Origin: Rebecca billardiae RCC1528
Taxonomy: Eukaryota; Protista; Haptophyta
Direction: 5' to 3'
Length of the DNA: 64,000 bases
Assembly (NCBI GenBank): GCA_965240325.2
Contig: OZ251227.1
Location: 3,100,001 to 3,164,000, forward strand
In this document: positions 1-12,039 of the stretch, piece after piece
Layout of the letters: the number at the start of each line of letters is the position of its first letter
How positions within the stretch are numbered: the stretch's first letter is position 1
Made by a program: the position numbers and the translations under genes
The notes under the pieces: model-generated
Seen by the model: the letters and a program-made list of their open reading frames with translations, nothing else
What the model was told of the DNA's origin: nothing
Databases searched by the model: none

Positions 1-248
1 ACGTGTGTGAACTGCAGTGTCTGAGATCGACGATCGTCATCGTCGCCTAGCTACATTCGGGTTCCAGTGCGTTGTTGCTTGGGGCCGCCGCTGCGGTCGC
101 ACGGTCGCTCACGCGCTCAGCAGCCCATGAAGACTTGAGGCGAAGAACTGGGCCCACACGGCAGGCCTCAGCTGGCTCCGGTAGTCGTATCTTCGCTGTG
201 CTTTCGACAGCCCCGCGCGGGCGCGGATTGACCATCGTTCGGGCAATC

Positions 249-2453
249 ATGTCCGCCGCGCGCTCGGGGCGCCGGCTCGTTGTTGCTGCGTGCGTGCTGC
301 TGCTGCCGCACTGCCAGGCGGGGCTGCGCCTCGGCCCAGTGCTGCCACCGCGCGCGCCCGCGCCAGCTCGCGCCGTGGACGAACGCCTCGCCGTCCTCTT
401 CGTCCCCGGCATCGACGGCACCGGCCGCTGCGGCCAGCGGCAGTGGCGCCGGCTGCAGCACTGGACGCGGTCGATCGACGCTCTGACGATCGACCCGGAT
501 GACCGCTCGTCCTTCGAGGAGATCGTTGCGTTCGTCCTCGAGGGCCTGCGCGAGCGCCGCGCTGCCGGGTGCCGCACCCTCCTCGTCGGCGAGAGCCTCG
601 GCGGCGTGATCGCCCTGGGCGCCGCGATCGCCGAGCCGCGGCTCATCGACTCGCTCGCGCTCTTCAACCCGGCGACGTCGATCACGCGCTCGTGGATCCG
701 GCCGGTGAGCCAGCTCGTGGCGAGCTACCTGCCCGACTCGCTGTACACCTCGCTGCCCGGCGTGATCACGCCCCTGTTTGGCGGGATCTCGTGGCCAGAG
801 GCGCTCGTCGGCCGCGAGGTGGGGCTGCCCGCGCCCGCGGAGCTGCTCGAGGTCGGGCGCGCGCTCTCGGCGGTGCTCCCCGCGCAGACGCTGGCGCATC
901 GGCTCGGCGTGCTCGAGGACGGCAGCGCGCGCGTCAACGCGCGCCTCGACGCGGCGGGCGCGGCCGGCGGCGCCTCATGGCCGTGGGCGGCGCGGTGCGC
1001 GCTCGTCGCCACCAGCGCCGATCTCGTCCTGCCCTCGGCGGAGGAGACGGCGCGGCTGCAGCGCTGCCTCCCCGGCGCGTACCGCGAGGTGGTGGATGGC
1101 CCGGGGCACGTGTGCCTCGACGACGAGCGCGTCAACCTCGTGCAGCTCCTGCTCAGCGCCGGCTGCTTTGACGTGCCGAGGGCGGCGGCTGCGCCGCCCG
1201 CGCCGACAGCGCCGCAGCCACCCGAGCGGCCGCAGCCGCCGCCCGTGCAGCCGCCACCAGCGAAGCAGGAGGCGCAGGCGGCTGCGCCGCCCGCGCCGAC
1301 AGCGCCGCAGCCACCCGAGCGGCCGCAGCCGCCGCCCGTGCCGCAGCCGCCACCAGCGAAGCAGGAGGCGCAGGCGGGCGTGCCGCCCGCGCCGACAGTG
1401 CCGCGGCCACCTGAGCGGCCGCAGCCGCCGCCCGTGCAGCAGCCGCCGCCGCAGCAGCAAGCGCAGGCGGGCGTGCAAAGCGCGACGCGCGCCGCGCGCG
1501 CGGCGCAGCGCGTCGCCAAGCCGGCGGGTCGGCTGGTGCCGCCGTCCCCGCTCGCGGACGAGCGGATCTCGCAGCTCGAGGGCGTGGCCAAGCTGGTGAG
1601 TCCGGTGTTCTTCAGCACGCGGCCGGACGGCTCGATCGAGCGCGGCGTGCACGCGGTGCCGCTGCCGTCCGAGCTCGGCGGCCGGCCGGTCCTGTTCGTC
1701 GGGAACCACCAGCTGATGGGACTGGACGGACCGCTGCTGGTGCGCGAGCTGCTGCTTGAGCGCGGCACGCTCGTGCGCTCGCTCGTCTTCCCCGCGCTGA
1801 TGGACGGCAGCTCGCCGCTCGAGCCGCTCGAGTACCCGCCGCGCGGCACGGCGGACGTCTTCAAGGCGTACGGCGCGCGGCCCGCGAGCGCGCGCGCGCT
1901 GCTGTCGCTACTCGGCGCGGGCGAGGCTGTGCTCCTGTTCCCCGGCGGCGGGCGCGAGGTGTTCAAGCGCAAGGGCGAGCGGTACCGGCTCTTCTGGCCG
2001 AGCGCGCCGGACCTCGTCCGCCTCGCCGCGCGGTGCGACGCGCTGCTCGTGCCCTTCTCCGGCGTGGGCTCGGACGAGCTCGTGGAGCTCCTGCTCGACA
2101 CGGACGAGCTACTGGCGTTACCCGGCCTCGGGCCGTGGCTGCGCGAGCGCGCGAGCGCGCTGCCCTCGCTCGTGCCAGACGACTACTTCGTGCCGCCGCT
2201 GATCGCGCCGCGCGCCGACGGGCTGCCGCGGCACTACTGGCTCTTCGGCAAGCCGCTGGACACGCGCCAGCTCGACGCGACCGACGCGGGCGCGGTGCGC
2301 GCCGCGTACGACGGCCTGCAGGCGAGCGTGGCGGAGGGCGTCGAGCTGCTGCTTCGCAAGCGCGAGGAGGACCCGTTCGCCAACTTTGCGCTGCGCACGG
2401 CGTACGAGCAGCTCGTCGACGGCAAGCAGGCGCCGAGCTGGACCCCGCAGTAG
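249..2453 (+). CDS. Esterase/lipase-acyltransferase fusion (phytyl ester synthase / ELT-like): alpha/beta-hydrolase + DGAT/LPLAT domain
   Basis: In-frame ATG at 249. Hydrolase motifs PGIDG, GESLGG and GPGH; acyltransferase motifs VGNHQLMGLD and FPGGGRE; hydrophobic N-terminal presequence. Confidence 0.85.
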   Translation: MSAARSGRRLVVAACVLLLPHCQAGLRLGPVLPPRAPAPARAVDERLAVLFVPGIDGTGRCGQRQWRRLQHWTRSIDALTIDPDDRSSFEEIVAFVLEGLRERRAAGCRTLLVGESLGGVIALGAAIAEPRLIDSLALFNPATSITRSWIRPVSQLVASYLPDSLYTSLPGVITPLFGGISWPEALVGREVGLPAPAELLEVGRALSAVLPAQTLAHRLGVLEDGSARVNARLDAAGAAGGASWPWAARCALVATSADLVLPSAEETARLQRCLPGAYREVVDGPGHVCLDDERVNLVQLLLSAGCFDVPRAAAAPPAPTAPQPPERPQPPPVQPPPAKQEAQAAAPPAPTAPQPPERPQPPPVPQPPPAKQEAQAGVPPAPTVPRPPERPQPPPVQQPPPQQQAQAGVQSATRAARAAQRVAKPAGRLVPPSPLADERISQLEGVAKLVSPVFFSTRPDGSIERGVHAVPLPSELGGRPVLFVGNHQLMGLDGPLLVRELLLERGTLVRSLVFPALMDGSSPLEPLEYPPRGTADVFKAYGARPASARALLSLLGAGEAVLLFPGGGREVFKRKGERYRLFWPSAPDLVRLAARCDALLVPFSGVGSDELVELLLDTDELLALPGLGPWLRERASALPSLVPDDYFVPPLIAPRADGLPRHYWLFGKPLDTRQLDATDAGAVRAAYDGLQASVAEGVELLLRKREEDPFANFALRTAYEQLVDGKQAPSWTPQ
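1183..1475 (+). repeat. Three imperfect ~85-100 bp tandem repeats encoding a Pro/Gln-rich interdomain linker
   Basis: PPAPTAPQPPERPQPPPVQPPPAKQEAQA repeated about three times at DNA level between the two enzyme domains. Confidence 0.85.
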
Positions 2454-3110
2454 CCAGTACGCATGTCTGATCGTCAGGCATCTCTGCCGAAGCGCGCCGC
2501 GCGCGCGCGGCCGCCGCTTCGCTCTTCGGTCTTCCTAGTCTTCCGCCCCGCTCGAGGCCAACGGACGGCTCGCGTCCGTCCGCACAGCAGCACGCCAGCG
2601 GCCGCAGAGTCTGGTCGAGTCTCACGCAGACGAGAGTCTGAGGCGCCTGCCTGGCAGCTGTGCGCGCAGCGACCGTGCCGCCGCTCCCCAGTGGCGAGGC
2701 TGAAGCCTGCTGGCCGCCGGGGGCCGCTGCGGCTGCCCCGCCGGCGCCGCCGCCAGCGCAATGCGTGCGTGAACCGTTATTGAATATTGCCGTGATCTGC
2801 TATGATAGACCAGCTGCCGTGTGATAGTGGCGCGGTGTCGATCGGCGGCCGTCGTTATCACGCCTTAACCAAGTGTTAGATACAAAGTGAGTAAAGTCGG
2901 TGACTGTTCATGGGGGTATCTAGTAATTGACCACCCGGACTCGCACGCATCCGATCCGCTGCTGCTCACCACCTGCCGGATCCAGAGCAGCAGAAAGGAG
3001 CAGCAGAGATCAAGAGTTTGCGCGGTGATCAGCGCAAGTTCAGGCGCAAGTGGGGGGTCTGTGAAGGAGGCTCAACCGCTCCGCCCCCGTCGAGGCGGGG
3101 AGCAGGGAAG

Positions 3111-6002
3111 ATGCCGTCCCAAGCGACGTCGCCGGCGCCGGCGAGGGTGGCGCGGACGGTGGACATCAAGACCTCGCCCCGAGCAGGCGAGGGCGTGGAG
3201 GAGGTGTGGGCCTTCTCCGCCTCCGACAACCCGCCCGCGAGCGCGCACGAGACGCACCGCTCGTCCCAATCCGACCCGGTCGAGCCGCACGAGAACGGTT
3301 CGGGCGAGAACGCGTCGCCGAGCAGGAAGGCGCGGCTCTCGTCGAAGTCGTTCTACGCGCGCCGCGCGCGCACCAACCCGCCCACGCCGAAGCGCGGCTC
3401 GACGACCACGTGGGACCCCACGACCGCGCAGCAGGCGCACGCGCAGACGGAGGCTGGGTCATCAGCGGGCCCGGCGTCGCCCTCGAAGTTCACCTCGTTC
3501 TATCGGCGGAAGCAGCGGGAGCAGCACAAGGACCCGCCGACGCCCAAGACGAGCGCGGGCCGGGACGAGGAGGTCTGGTCCTTCGCGAGCGAGGAGGTGC
3601 CCGGCGCCGAGGGCGCGCAGGGGCAGGGCGGGCGCGCGTACCGATCGCAGTCGTCTCGCTTCTCACAGCCCGCGCAGCGCATGCTGCTGGGCACGTCGCT
3701 GCTGCGGCGGCAGCAGCGGTTCGTGAGCGTGCCGCTGCAGCTCACCGACGAGCACACGGTCAACCGCATCAAGGCGTGCGTCAACGTGCGCGGCTCGGTC
3801 ATCCCGCGGATCATGGGCTCGCTGGTGGTGTGCGCCGGGCTCGGGATCCTGGGCGCGTGGTGCGCGATGGAGGAGATCTTCCGGATCCCGCCGTACTGGC
3901 ACCAGATGGTGGTGATGCCGCTGGGCTTCCTGCTCGTCTTCCGCTCGACGCTCGCGTACAACCGGTACTGGGAGGCGCGCGGCCACATCGGCGTGTGCAT
4001 GAACACGCTCGACAAGTGGGCGATGTGCGTGCGGGCGTTCGTGCGGAAGAACGCCGACGACCCGAGCGGCGAGGTGAAGGGCGTGTTCAGCAAGTCGGTG
4101 AGCGCGCTCGTGCTCGACGAGGCGCTGCGGCTGTCGAAGGTGCTGATCTACCTCTCCATCAAGGAGCTGCAGCAGGACCGCGACTACGAGGACTTCCCGG
4201 GTGCGCGCGCGTGACCACGGCCGCGCGCGCGCGCATTCATTCCTCGGCGCGCTTCTATCGGCCAGGCCCAGCGCAGCGGAGCCTGGCGCCCGCGACGCCC
4301 GCTGCGCCCGCGCCGTGCGCCCGCGTGCGGCGCGCGGCCGGCGCGCGCGCGCGGTGGCGACGCCGCTCACGACACTCGCGCCCCCACGCGCCCCCGCCGC
4401 GCGCGCGCGCTCCACGCGCCGCCAGTCCAACTGACGCCTGCGGAAGTGGACCAGCTGCGCACCAACAGGCAGATGATTGCGGTGGTGATTGCGTGGCTCT
4501 CCGACCTGAACGCGGCGCTGTTCCACACGCGGATGATCGGCGACCAGCAGCTGGTGTGGCTGCAGGAGACCATCCAGAACTACGGGCTGGCGATCGCGGG
4601 CGCGCTCAAGATCAAGTCCACGCCGCTGCCCATCGCGTACGCGCGCGCGCTCGAGCCGCGCGCGCGCGAGCCTCGCGCAACGCGCGGCGCGCGCGCGATG
4701 ATTCGTGATGTGCTGTACCTCTGCTCTGTCCTCTCCGCCTCCCTCCTGCCGCCTGCCTGCGTGCCTGTGTGTGCGCGTGAATGCGGACCGCGTGGTGCGC
4801 GGTGCGCGCGCCCCGCCGTGACGCTCACGCGCCTTCGTCCCTCCGCCCCGCTTCCGCCCGCTCGCGCCGGCCGGCCGCGCGCGCGCTCGACCACGCGCGC
4901 GTCGGTGCGTCCTCTCTCGCTCTGTGTCTGTCCGGCCGTGCGCTGCTGCAGCTATGCTCAGATGCTCACCTGGCTGCTGTACATCTTCGTGCTCTCGATC
5001 CCGTTCGTCTTCGCGGGCGTGTTCAAGGACTCCCTCGCCGATCTCGAGGGCGAGCGGCGCGGCGGCCGCTTCGACGAGTATGGCCGCCCCATCGCGCCGA
5101 CCGTGCCGCTGATGATTTTCAGCGCGGTCGCGTCCTTTTTCCTCGCGTTTGCGCTGCTCGGAATCAACGCGACCGCGGAGGAGCTCGAGGACCCGTTCGG
5201 CAACGACGACAACGACCTGCCGATGCGCGACTTCCTGCAGGCGACGACGGACACGCTCGAGTTCGTGCTGCAGTCCTCAGACCTCCTCTCCGACCCGACG
5301 CAGGCCGACGAGGCAAACTCGGAGCACGACACGCCGGCGGGCTCGCCCACGCGCCGAAAGTCGCAGCGGCCGGCGGCCGACCGCAACATCCCGGACAAGG
5401 CGATCAGCCACGCGCCGAAGAAGTCCATCTTCAAGACGGTGCAGCTGGCGAACCAGCTGCGCAGGCGAATGCCCTCGGTCGCGCGGCTCAACCTGCCCGG
5501 CGCGCCCGCGGCCGAGACGCCGCGCGGCTCGCGCAACGAGACGCCGCGCGGCTCGAAGCGCGACACACCGCGCGGCTCGCGGCAGCCGTCGCGCGAGCGC
5601 GAGGGCGGCGTCACCACGCCGCGCGAGCGCACCGGCAAGCGCTGGCACCCCTTCGACCGCGGCGGCAGCTCGAGCGTCAACGCGGGCACGGCCGTCACCC
5701 GAGCTGTCTTCTCCGCCGTACCAAAGGAGGCCAAGTCAGTGCGCATCGCGCCGGACAGCACGGCGCGCGCGGGCTCGCCGTCCGAGGCGGCGCGCGGCGC
5801 GACGCGCACGGGCTCGCGCGAGACGGATGCCGGCACGGCCGCGGGCGGCGCGCACGACCACGCGCAGGACGTGGCGGACGCCGATGGCGGGCAGGTGGTG
5901 AGGATCATCCACCTAGGCGACAGCCGAGCGACCTCCAACTTCGGGGCCACGTCGAATGACGACTCGCCCGACGTGCGCAGGTTGATACCGCCGCAGGTCT
6001 GA
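3111..6002 (+). CDS. Bestrophin-family (YneE/VCCN-like) anion channel, 3 exons (3111-4200, 4426-4636, 4952-6002)
   Basis: Motifs GFLLVFRSTLAYNRYWEAR, TPLPIAY and AEELEDPFGNDDNDLP. GT-AG introns 4201-4425 and 4637-4951 restore a continuous frame (FPVQLT.., PIAYAQM..). Confidence 0.88.
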
Positions 6003-6386
6003 CGAGCATGGCAGCTATGATTATTCACGAGTGACGGCGGCGGTGGCGGCGGATGTCGGCGTGCGCAGGAGGCGGCCCGGCCCAGTGCCGTGCCCGCTAC
6101 CCCGCGACCAGCGAGCTCGCGCGTGCGCCACGCCGAGGGCGCTGCCAGTAGCCGTCACGTCGAGGCGCCCGGGCAGACTCGGGCGAGCGGACTGACCGGT
6201 GGGCTCGCCAGGAATCGCAGCATCAGTAGACAGTACCGTCTGAGACTGAGTGCAGACTTTTCGGCATTAATGGGACCCTGTCCCTGGTGCCGTCGTGTGT
6301 CAAGCTGCTCCGGGGACGAAACCGAAATCGGACTGTCGGACTCGACGTTACTTGTGCCGGCAACCGGCGGCGTCGTTCGATGAACC

Positions 6387-7245
6387 ATGGCAGACCTCGA
6401 TGCGCGCCAGCGCATCGAGGCCGTGCACTCGATGCCCGCGGCGGGCAAGTCCACGCGATCGCTGAATAACTCGTCGTACGCGTACTTCGATCCGCACCAG
6501 AAGAACACGGTCATCATCGAGCAGTACACAAAGCCGTTCCGCAAGCCGTCGACCGAGGCCCAGCACGGCACGGCGCACTCGACGCCCGAGATGTGGCAGG
6601 TGATGCAGTACGACCACAGCGCGACGTGGAGGCCGGAGCAGGGGCTGGCCTCGACGCGCTTCGGCAAAGGGTTCACGCGGAGGCAAGCCAGTGTCATCAA
6701 CCCGTACGCCGACCGTATCAGGCACGAGGAGGCCAGCCAGCAGCGCTCGGAGGCGATGCGCGAATTCCGACGCGCGTACCTGACCGAGAAGGTCACCTTC
6801 CGGCAGAACGGGTACAACGTGATCACGGGCGAGGAGCTCGCGCCGGAGAAGGCGGCCCGGCGCCCTGAGCGTCGGCACGTGCGCGACTTCGACCGCTCGA
6901 GCGGGCCGGGCTCGGACAAGCCAGCGTTTCGTCTGAAGGACTCGACAGCGCGCTTCCACGCGACGGGTGCGTGCGAGCGTCAGCGCGCGCGCGCGCGCGC
7001 GCGCGCGAGCGCGGGCCTGCCGGCGCGGCATTGACGCCCGCGCCACCGGCCGCGCGCGCGCCGCTCGTCCTGCCGCGCGCTCGTGCGCAGCGGAGCAGAT
7101 GCCCCGCCGCCCGGCACGCACGGCCAACCTCGTGCGCGAGGGCATTCAGCCCTCGCAGCGCACATCGACCATCATCGGCGTGGGCAAGACCATTCGCCAC
7201 GAGATCCCGAGCAAGGGAATAGCGGATGCGTTCCCTCCCGAGTGA
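6387..7245 (+). CDS. Hypothetical protein, 2 exons (6387-6966, 7091-7245)
   Basis: Normal-composition ORF; the CG-rich GT..AG intron 6967-7090 joins in frame to AEQMPRR...AFPPE*. Confidence 0.65.
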
Positions 7246-8410
7246 GGCGCGGGTACGCCTGCCGCCCGTGCCGAGCTGCCGTGTCCAGCACGCCGAGTGA
7301 GCCCCGCAGCACTCGCAGACCGCGACGGCCTGTCTGCCAGGCCTGTTGCCGCATGCGTCCTGGCGGCTGGCCTGCGACAGCACCGGGTGACCTGTGACTC
7401 GCAGGCTGGGTTGTCTTTCGGACGGCGCGATTACGTGTCGTCGTGAGGCCCACGGTAGCCTCATCGCAGGCAACAAGTCGCTGCGCGACGTGGAGCCGCC
7501 GACAGATTGAGATGGCACGGACGAGACGGCACGGATTCGAAGATCACATTGGATCAATGGATGGAGTGACGCGATGATTCTGAACTTGAAGGAGTGAATA
7601 AGGACAATCTGATCGTCGTGATTCGTGATTCGTGTCAGCCGTAACCGTGGTCGATGCTTCGGCGCAGCAGTGGCAATGACAGTGGTGTGAGCACGTTATT
7701 TAGATTTTAGTAGTTAGCAGCTGATTAGTAGACGTTATATATGTGGTGTTATTGGTACAATAACTGAGTGTGTACGAGCTGCGTGACGGCGGGGCTCGCC
7801 GTGTGGCCTCTCACTCTGTTGCACCCAGTTCGCAGAATTCGTCATGAACCTTCTACGGGTACACGGCTGGCTGCTGCATCACCTGGAGTGAGATGGCTTC
7901 TCGGCCACTCGGGCGCTTCCGAGCCATTCCACTTCTTCGCAAGGCGAGCTGCTCTAAGGCGGCTCTTGTCGCCCCCCTCGGAGCCCCAAAGGGCATTCGG
8001 CGGGTATCATCGGCGCGCACCTCGCTCCTCGATCGCGCGAGGTAGGACTCGGCAGCGCACAACAGCTGCGCGCCAGACACCTCTCGCCTCGACCTCCAGC
8101 AGAGGATGCCCAACTCGTCTCAGCAAGCCGCTCGGCTGCGCACCTACCGCCGCACGCCCGAGCCGCGCATTGCCACGACCAGCAGCTGCTTTGTTTGGCC
8201 CGCCCTTCCCGCCCATGTCTGTCTGTCTGTCTGGCTTGCCGGTCCTGCCAGCCAGAGGCCTGTTCATCACGGTGGGCGCGCGGACAGCGCCTGATGCGGG
8301 TCCAGACCACAGTGAGTGCCTCAACGAGGATCACCGAGCCGGCCACTCCCACTGCGGACACGCGCCACTCGTCTGATCAACGATCCCCACATATATATAT
8401 ATATATATAT

Positions 8411-9287
8411 GATCCGCGTGCTGGCGGGGTTCTTCCGCACGTACGCCGGTGTGTACGCCGTGCCGGAGGACACCTGGATCTTCGGCTCGGTGCACGCCCA
8501 GTCCACCGCCCAGGCGCAGGCGGTGCTCGGCACGGACCGCAAGCGCGTGCCGGTGGTGGACCTGAGTGCCGAGGTGCACGGCAACTGTACCCTGTTCGAG
8601 GTCAAGACCATCTCGCTGAGCCAGTCGCGCTACAGGGTGAGCGACGGCCGCAACGGTGCGGTGCGCCACCGCGCGGAACTCGTCCCGCGCGAGCGGCGCA
8701 AGCAGCTGCAGCTCCTCGACCGCGAGGTCTACGGCACGCTTGAGGGCCAGGTGGGCCCATACGAGGCGCGGCTCGACACCTTCCCCGCGATCGTCCCGAT
8801 TGTCGTGGGGGCGTTCGGCGAGTGGAGCGCGGAGGTGGACCTCACCCTCAAGAAGATCGCCAAGATGGGGCGGGACACGTGGCGCGCGCGCCTCAGCGCG
8901 CCCTCGCGCCCGGCCGCCGAGCGCGCGCTGCTCGGCACCATGCGGCGCGAGCTGGGCATGCGCTGCCTGCGTGGCCAGGCCAAGATGCTCATCGCCCGCG
9001 CGCGCATGGCGCACGTGCGCCCGGGGGCACGCGCCCGCGGGGGCGCTGCATACGACGACTACTTCGAGACGACGGCTGACGACGCGTGGCACCGCGACCA
9101 CCGCGGTGGCGCGCGCGCGTCGACGCCAGACGGTGCGTCGAGCTTCCGCTCGGCGATGGAGTGATGGGCGACTACGAGGGGGGGGGGGACGACGGCGAGG
9201 AGCGCTGATCCTGGTGTTTGTCTCTGCTGCTCGATCTGCTGCTACATTCTTGCTGACTCTGACGCCTGCCCGTTGCATACCACGTCG

Positions 9288-9290
<3 letters not shown>
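8411..9290 (+). mobile_element. 5'-truncated non-LTR retrotransposon (restriction-like endonuclease type, CRE-like), copy 1, flanked by (TA)n on both sides
   Basis: ORF remnant with PD-(D/E)xK-like VDL..FEVKT, IVPIVVGAFGEWS and RELGMRCLRGQA, typical of the C-terminus of REL-encoding retroelements. (TA)n at 8391-8410 and ~9290-9361. Homologous copies at ~24.3 and ~40.6 kb. Confidence 0.75.

Positions 9291-9361
<71 letters not shown>
9290..9361. repeat. (TA)n microsatellite
   Basis: Perfect TA run. Confidence 0.95.
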
Positions 9362-9364
<3 letters not shown>

Positions 9365-12039
9365 GGCCCGCGGTGCAGGGCGGAGCGCGTAGCGTGGAGC
9401 CCCGCCGGGGGCCCTCACTACGTTGTCAAAAAGATCTTTTGATCAAAGAAAAGGGGACGGGGGACGATTTTTACGGTTGTTGGAGGGTGAGTTTTCGCTT
9501 TTTCGAGGGGTAGATAGCTCTCTATCGCAAGATGCGGTTGACGAAATAGGCGCGCCCGGACGTGAGTAATAAGAAAGATCGAAGGCCGCTGGCCGTCACT
9601 TTGTCAGTAAAGTTTAGTCATCGTGTCATCGACGCTATTGAAAACTTGGTCGCCGGTCCAAGGGCCGTATTGTTTTGACAAAGTGCATGTGCATGGGTCA
9701 TATACTACGACTGTTTCAAACTGCATGTCGGCGTACCGAGCGCGCTGTTTGCCGGTTTGCATTATTTTGCGCACGCGGGGGTCATATTGAAAAAACCGTA
9801 GTAAACTGTAATCACGCCTTAACCAAGTGTGCACGTTAAAACATGGTAAATGGTAGAATATCGGGTTGAAGAATACTAACGACGAAGCTTTGCGCTCGCG
9901 TGGCTCGAGCGCGAGATGGATGAACCTCCTTTGCCATAATATGAAAGAAAAACGGGTTACCCGCCCGCCAGCGTCTCGCGACGAGGACGGGTGCCCTTAA
10001 GCGGCAAGCGCGCACATCATGATCATCGCCGTCGGCGGGCCCATCTTCGGCCGGCTCGAGCTGATGCACATCACGACGCTCAAGCAGGCGCTGTCCGTAC
10101 CGACGTTGGCGCGCCTCCAGCGGATGGTCGACAAAGCACCCGTGGGCGAAGGAGGACCACAATCATGGCCGAGTCATCGGAGACGTCGCTGACCTCGCGG
10201 CTTCAAACAATCAAACATCAACCGCTCAGCCGGTTGCCACCGCGGCCGAGCGGTGCGCGCTCGCCACCGCGGCCGGCGCTGTGCACGGGCGTGCTGAGCC
10301 CGGGCCGCGTGAGCTCGCCCACCTCGCCCGGCGCGCACGCCGACGCCGCCACCGCGGCTCGGCGGCCGGACTCATCTCGGCCCGCAGCGCTTGCGTCCCC
10401 CCGCGGCGGCGCGCGCCGCCGTCGCCGCCGCGCAGGCCGTGCACTCGGTGGATGAGGAGACGGCCCTGCTGCGCGCGGAGCGCTGCGCGCCGCGCGCTGC
10501 TCCTGCTGCGGCGCGCAGTAGTCCGCTCGTCCGCCCCGCGGGCTCGCCACGGAGCCGACGAGCGCGATGACGACAATCGAATGAGCACGAGTGCGCACGG
10601 AGGCGCTGGGCGCCGAGCTGGCGAAGCGCGGCGCCGAGCTCGACGCGCTGCGCGACGCGGCGACGGACGCGCTGGGCGCGCGCGGCGCCCTCGTCGCGAC
10701 GCCCCGTGCAGCAGCTCGAGCAGCCAGCTGTGGAGTAGACGGCCGTCGACTCGAGGGCGCCACCGTGCCGGGTGAGTGAGCACGCACGGGCTCCGCCTCG
10801 GTCGGAGGCTGGCTGGCCGCCGCCGTGGCTTCGAGGCCGACGCGGCGGAGGAGGCGGCGGGCGAGCACGGTGGCGCGGTGGAGCAGGCGCGCACGCGCGG
10901 CGGCAGGCGCGACCCACCGCTCGCCTCGTTCCACCCCGAGCTCCGCTCGGTCTCGCCTCTCGGTGCGCGGCTGCGCAGCGCCGTGAGCGCAGGCCGTGGG
11001 GCCGCTGGGGGTGGGGCCAGCAGAGTGGTGCGCGCTCTCGCTCTGCCGGCACGAGGCGCGCCGGCTGAGCGACCAGCGGCCCGTCGTCGAGCGCGTGGCG
11101 CAGCGCGAGCACCTCAAGGCAGGCTCGCCCTGCGCGCGCGCGCCGCTGCCCCGGCCGCCGTCCGTACTTCTTCGCGCGGGCCCGCGGCGACAGTCCTCAT
11201 CGGCCCGCCATGTTGACCAGACTGAGACAGCAGCCGACGGAGGGTGCACCGCGGGCCCCTAACTACGTTGGTTCTACGGAAGGACCGCGGAACGCGGTCA
11301 TATTACTAATTTAGCTGATCTGCTGATGCCGCAATTGTTGATTGAATAAAATTGTTGGACTTGGTGGCGGCCACTCTGACTCAGGGTTGATGATGATGAT
11401 CATGTTGTTGTCGTCGTCGACGTCGTCACGGGCCCGCCAGGAAGTGCAAGTATGGGAGTGGCCAAGATAGACGACATAGTCAGAGTGTAGCCTGGCAATT
11501 TGTAGTATAAGTAACTAGTCCATCAGTCTCTGATGACTCTGCCCTCTAGCTGCCGCAGGTGCTCGAGCAGGAGGCGGAGGACGCGACGCACCCGCGCGCG
11601 CACGGCGCGCTGGCGTACGACGCGCAGCAGATGCGCACGCCGGACAAGCAGCGCTCGACGCACGGCCCCTCGCCCGCCACCTCGCCCGGCCGCGCGCCGC
11701 GCGACGGCTTCGGCGCCGCCGCCGCTAACGAGCCAGATGGCCGTGACAACGGCGGCGGCGCGGAGGGCGCGGGCCCGTCGCAGATGCCGTCATCGGCCAC
11801 CTGCTAGTGCCTAGTGCTAGTGCCTAGTGCTGACGATGTACTGCTAGCATGAAGAGCATACAGTCGTGGGTCGTTGCGCATCATGAATGCTGCAGGTCTG
11901 GAGTGCCGAGGCTTGGTATGGTATGGGCCGAATAAAAAGGGGCGCGATTCCTGGGGATTCCTGGCGCGTCCCGCCGGTCGACGTAGAACGTAGAGCCCCG
12001 CTGGCCGCGCGTCAGGGCGACGGGACGCGCTGCTGGTCG

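Noticed and set aside
9990-11810. Possible gene between retroelement copy 1 and the MFS gene
   Set aside because: Only short coding-like fragments in shifting frames; no consistent exon model or family.
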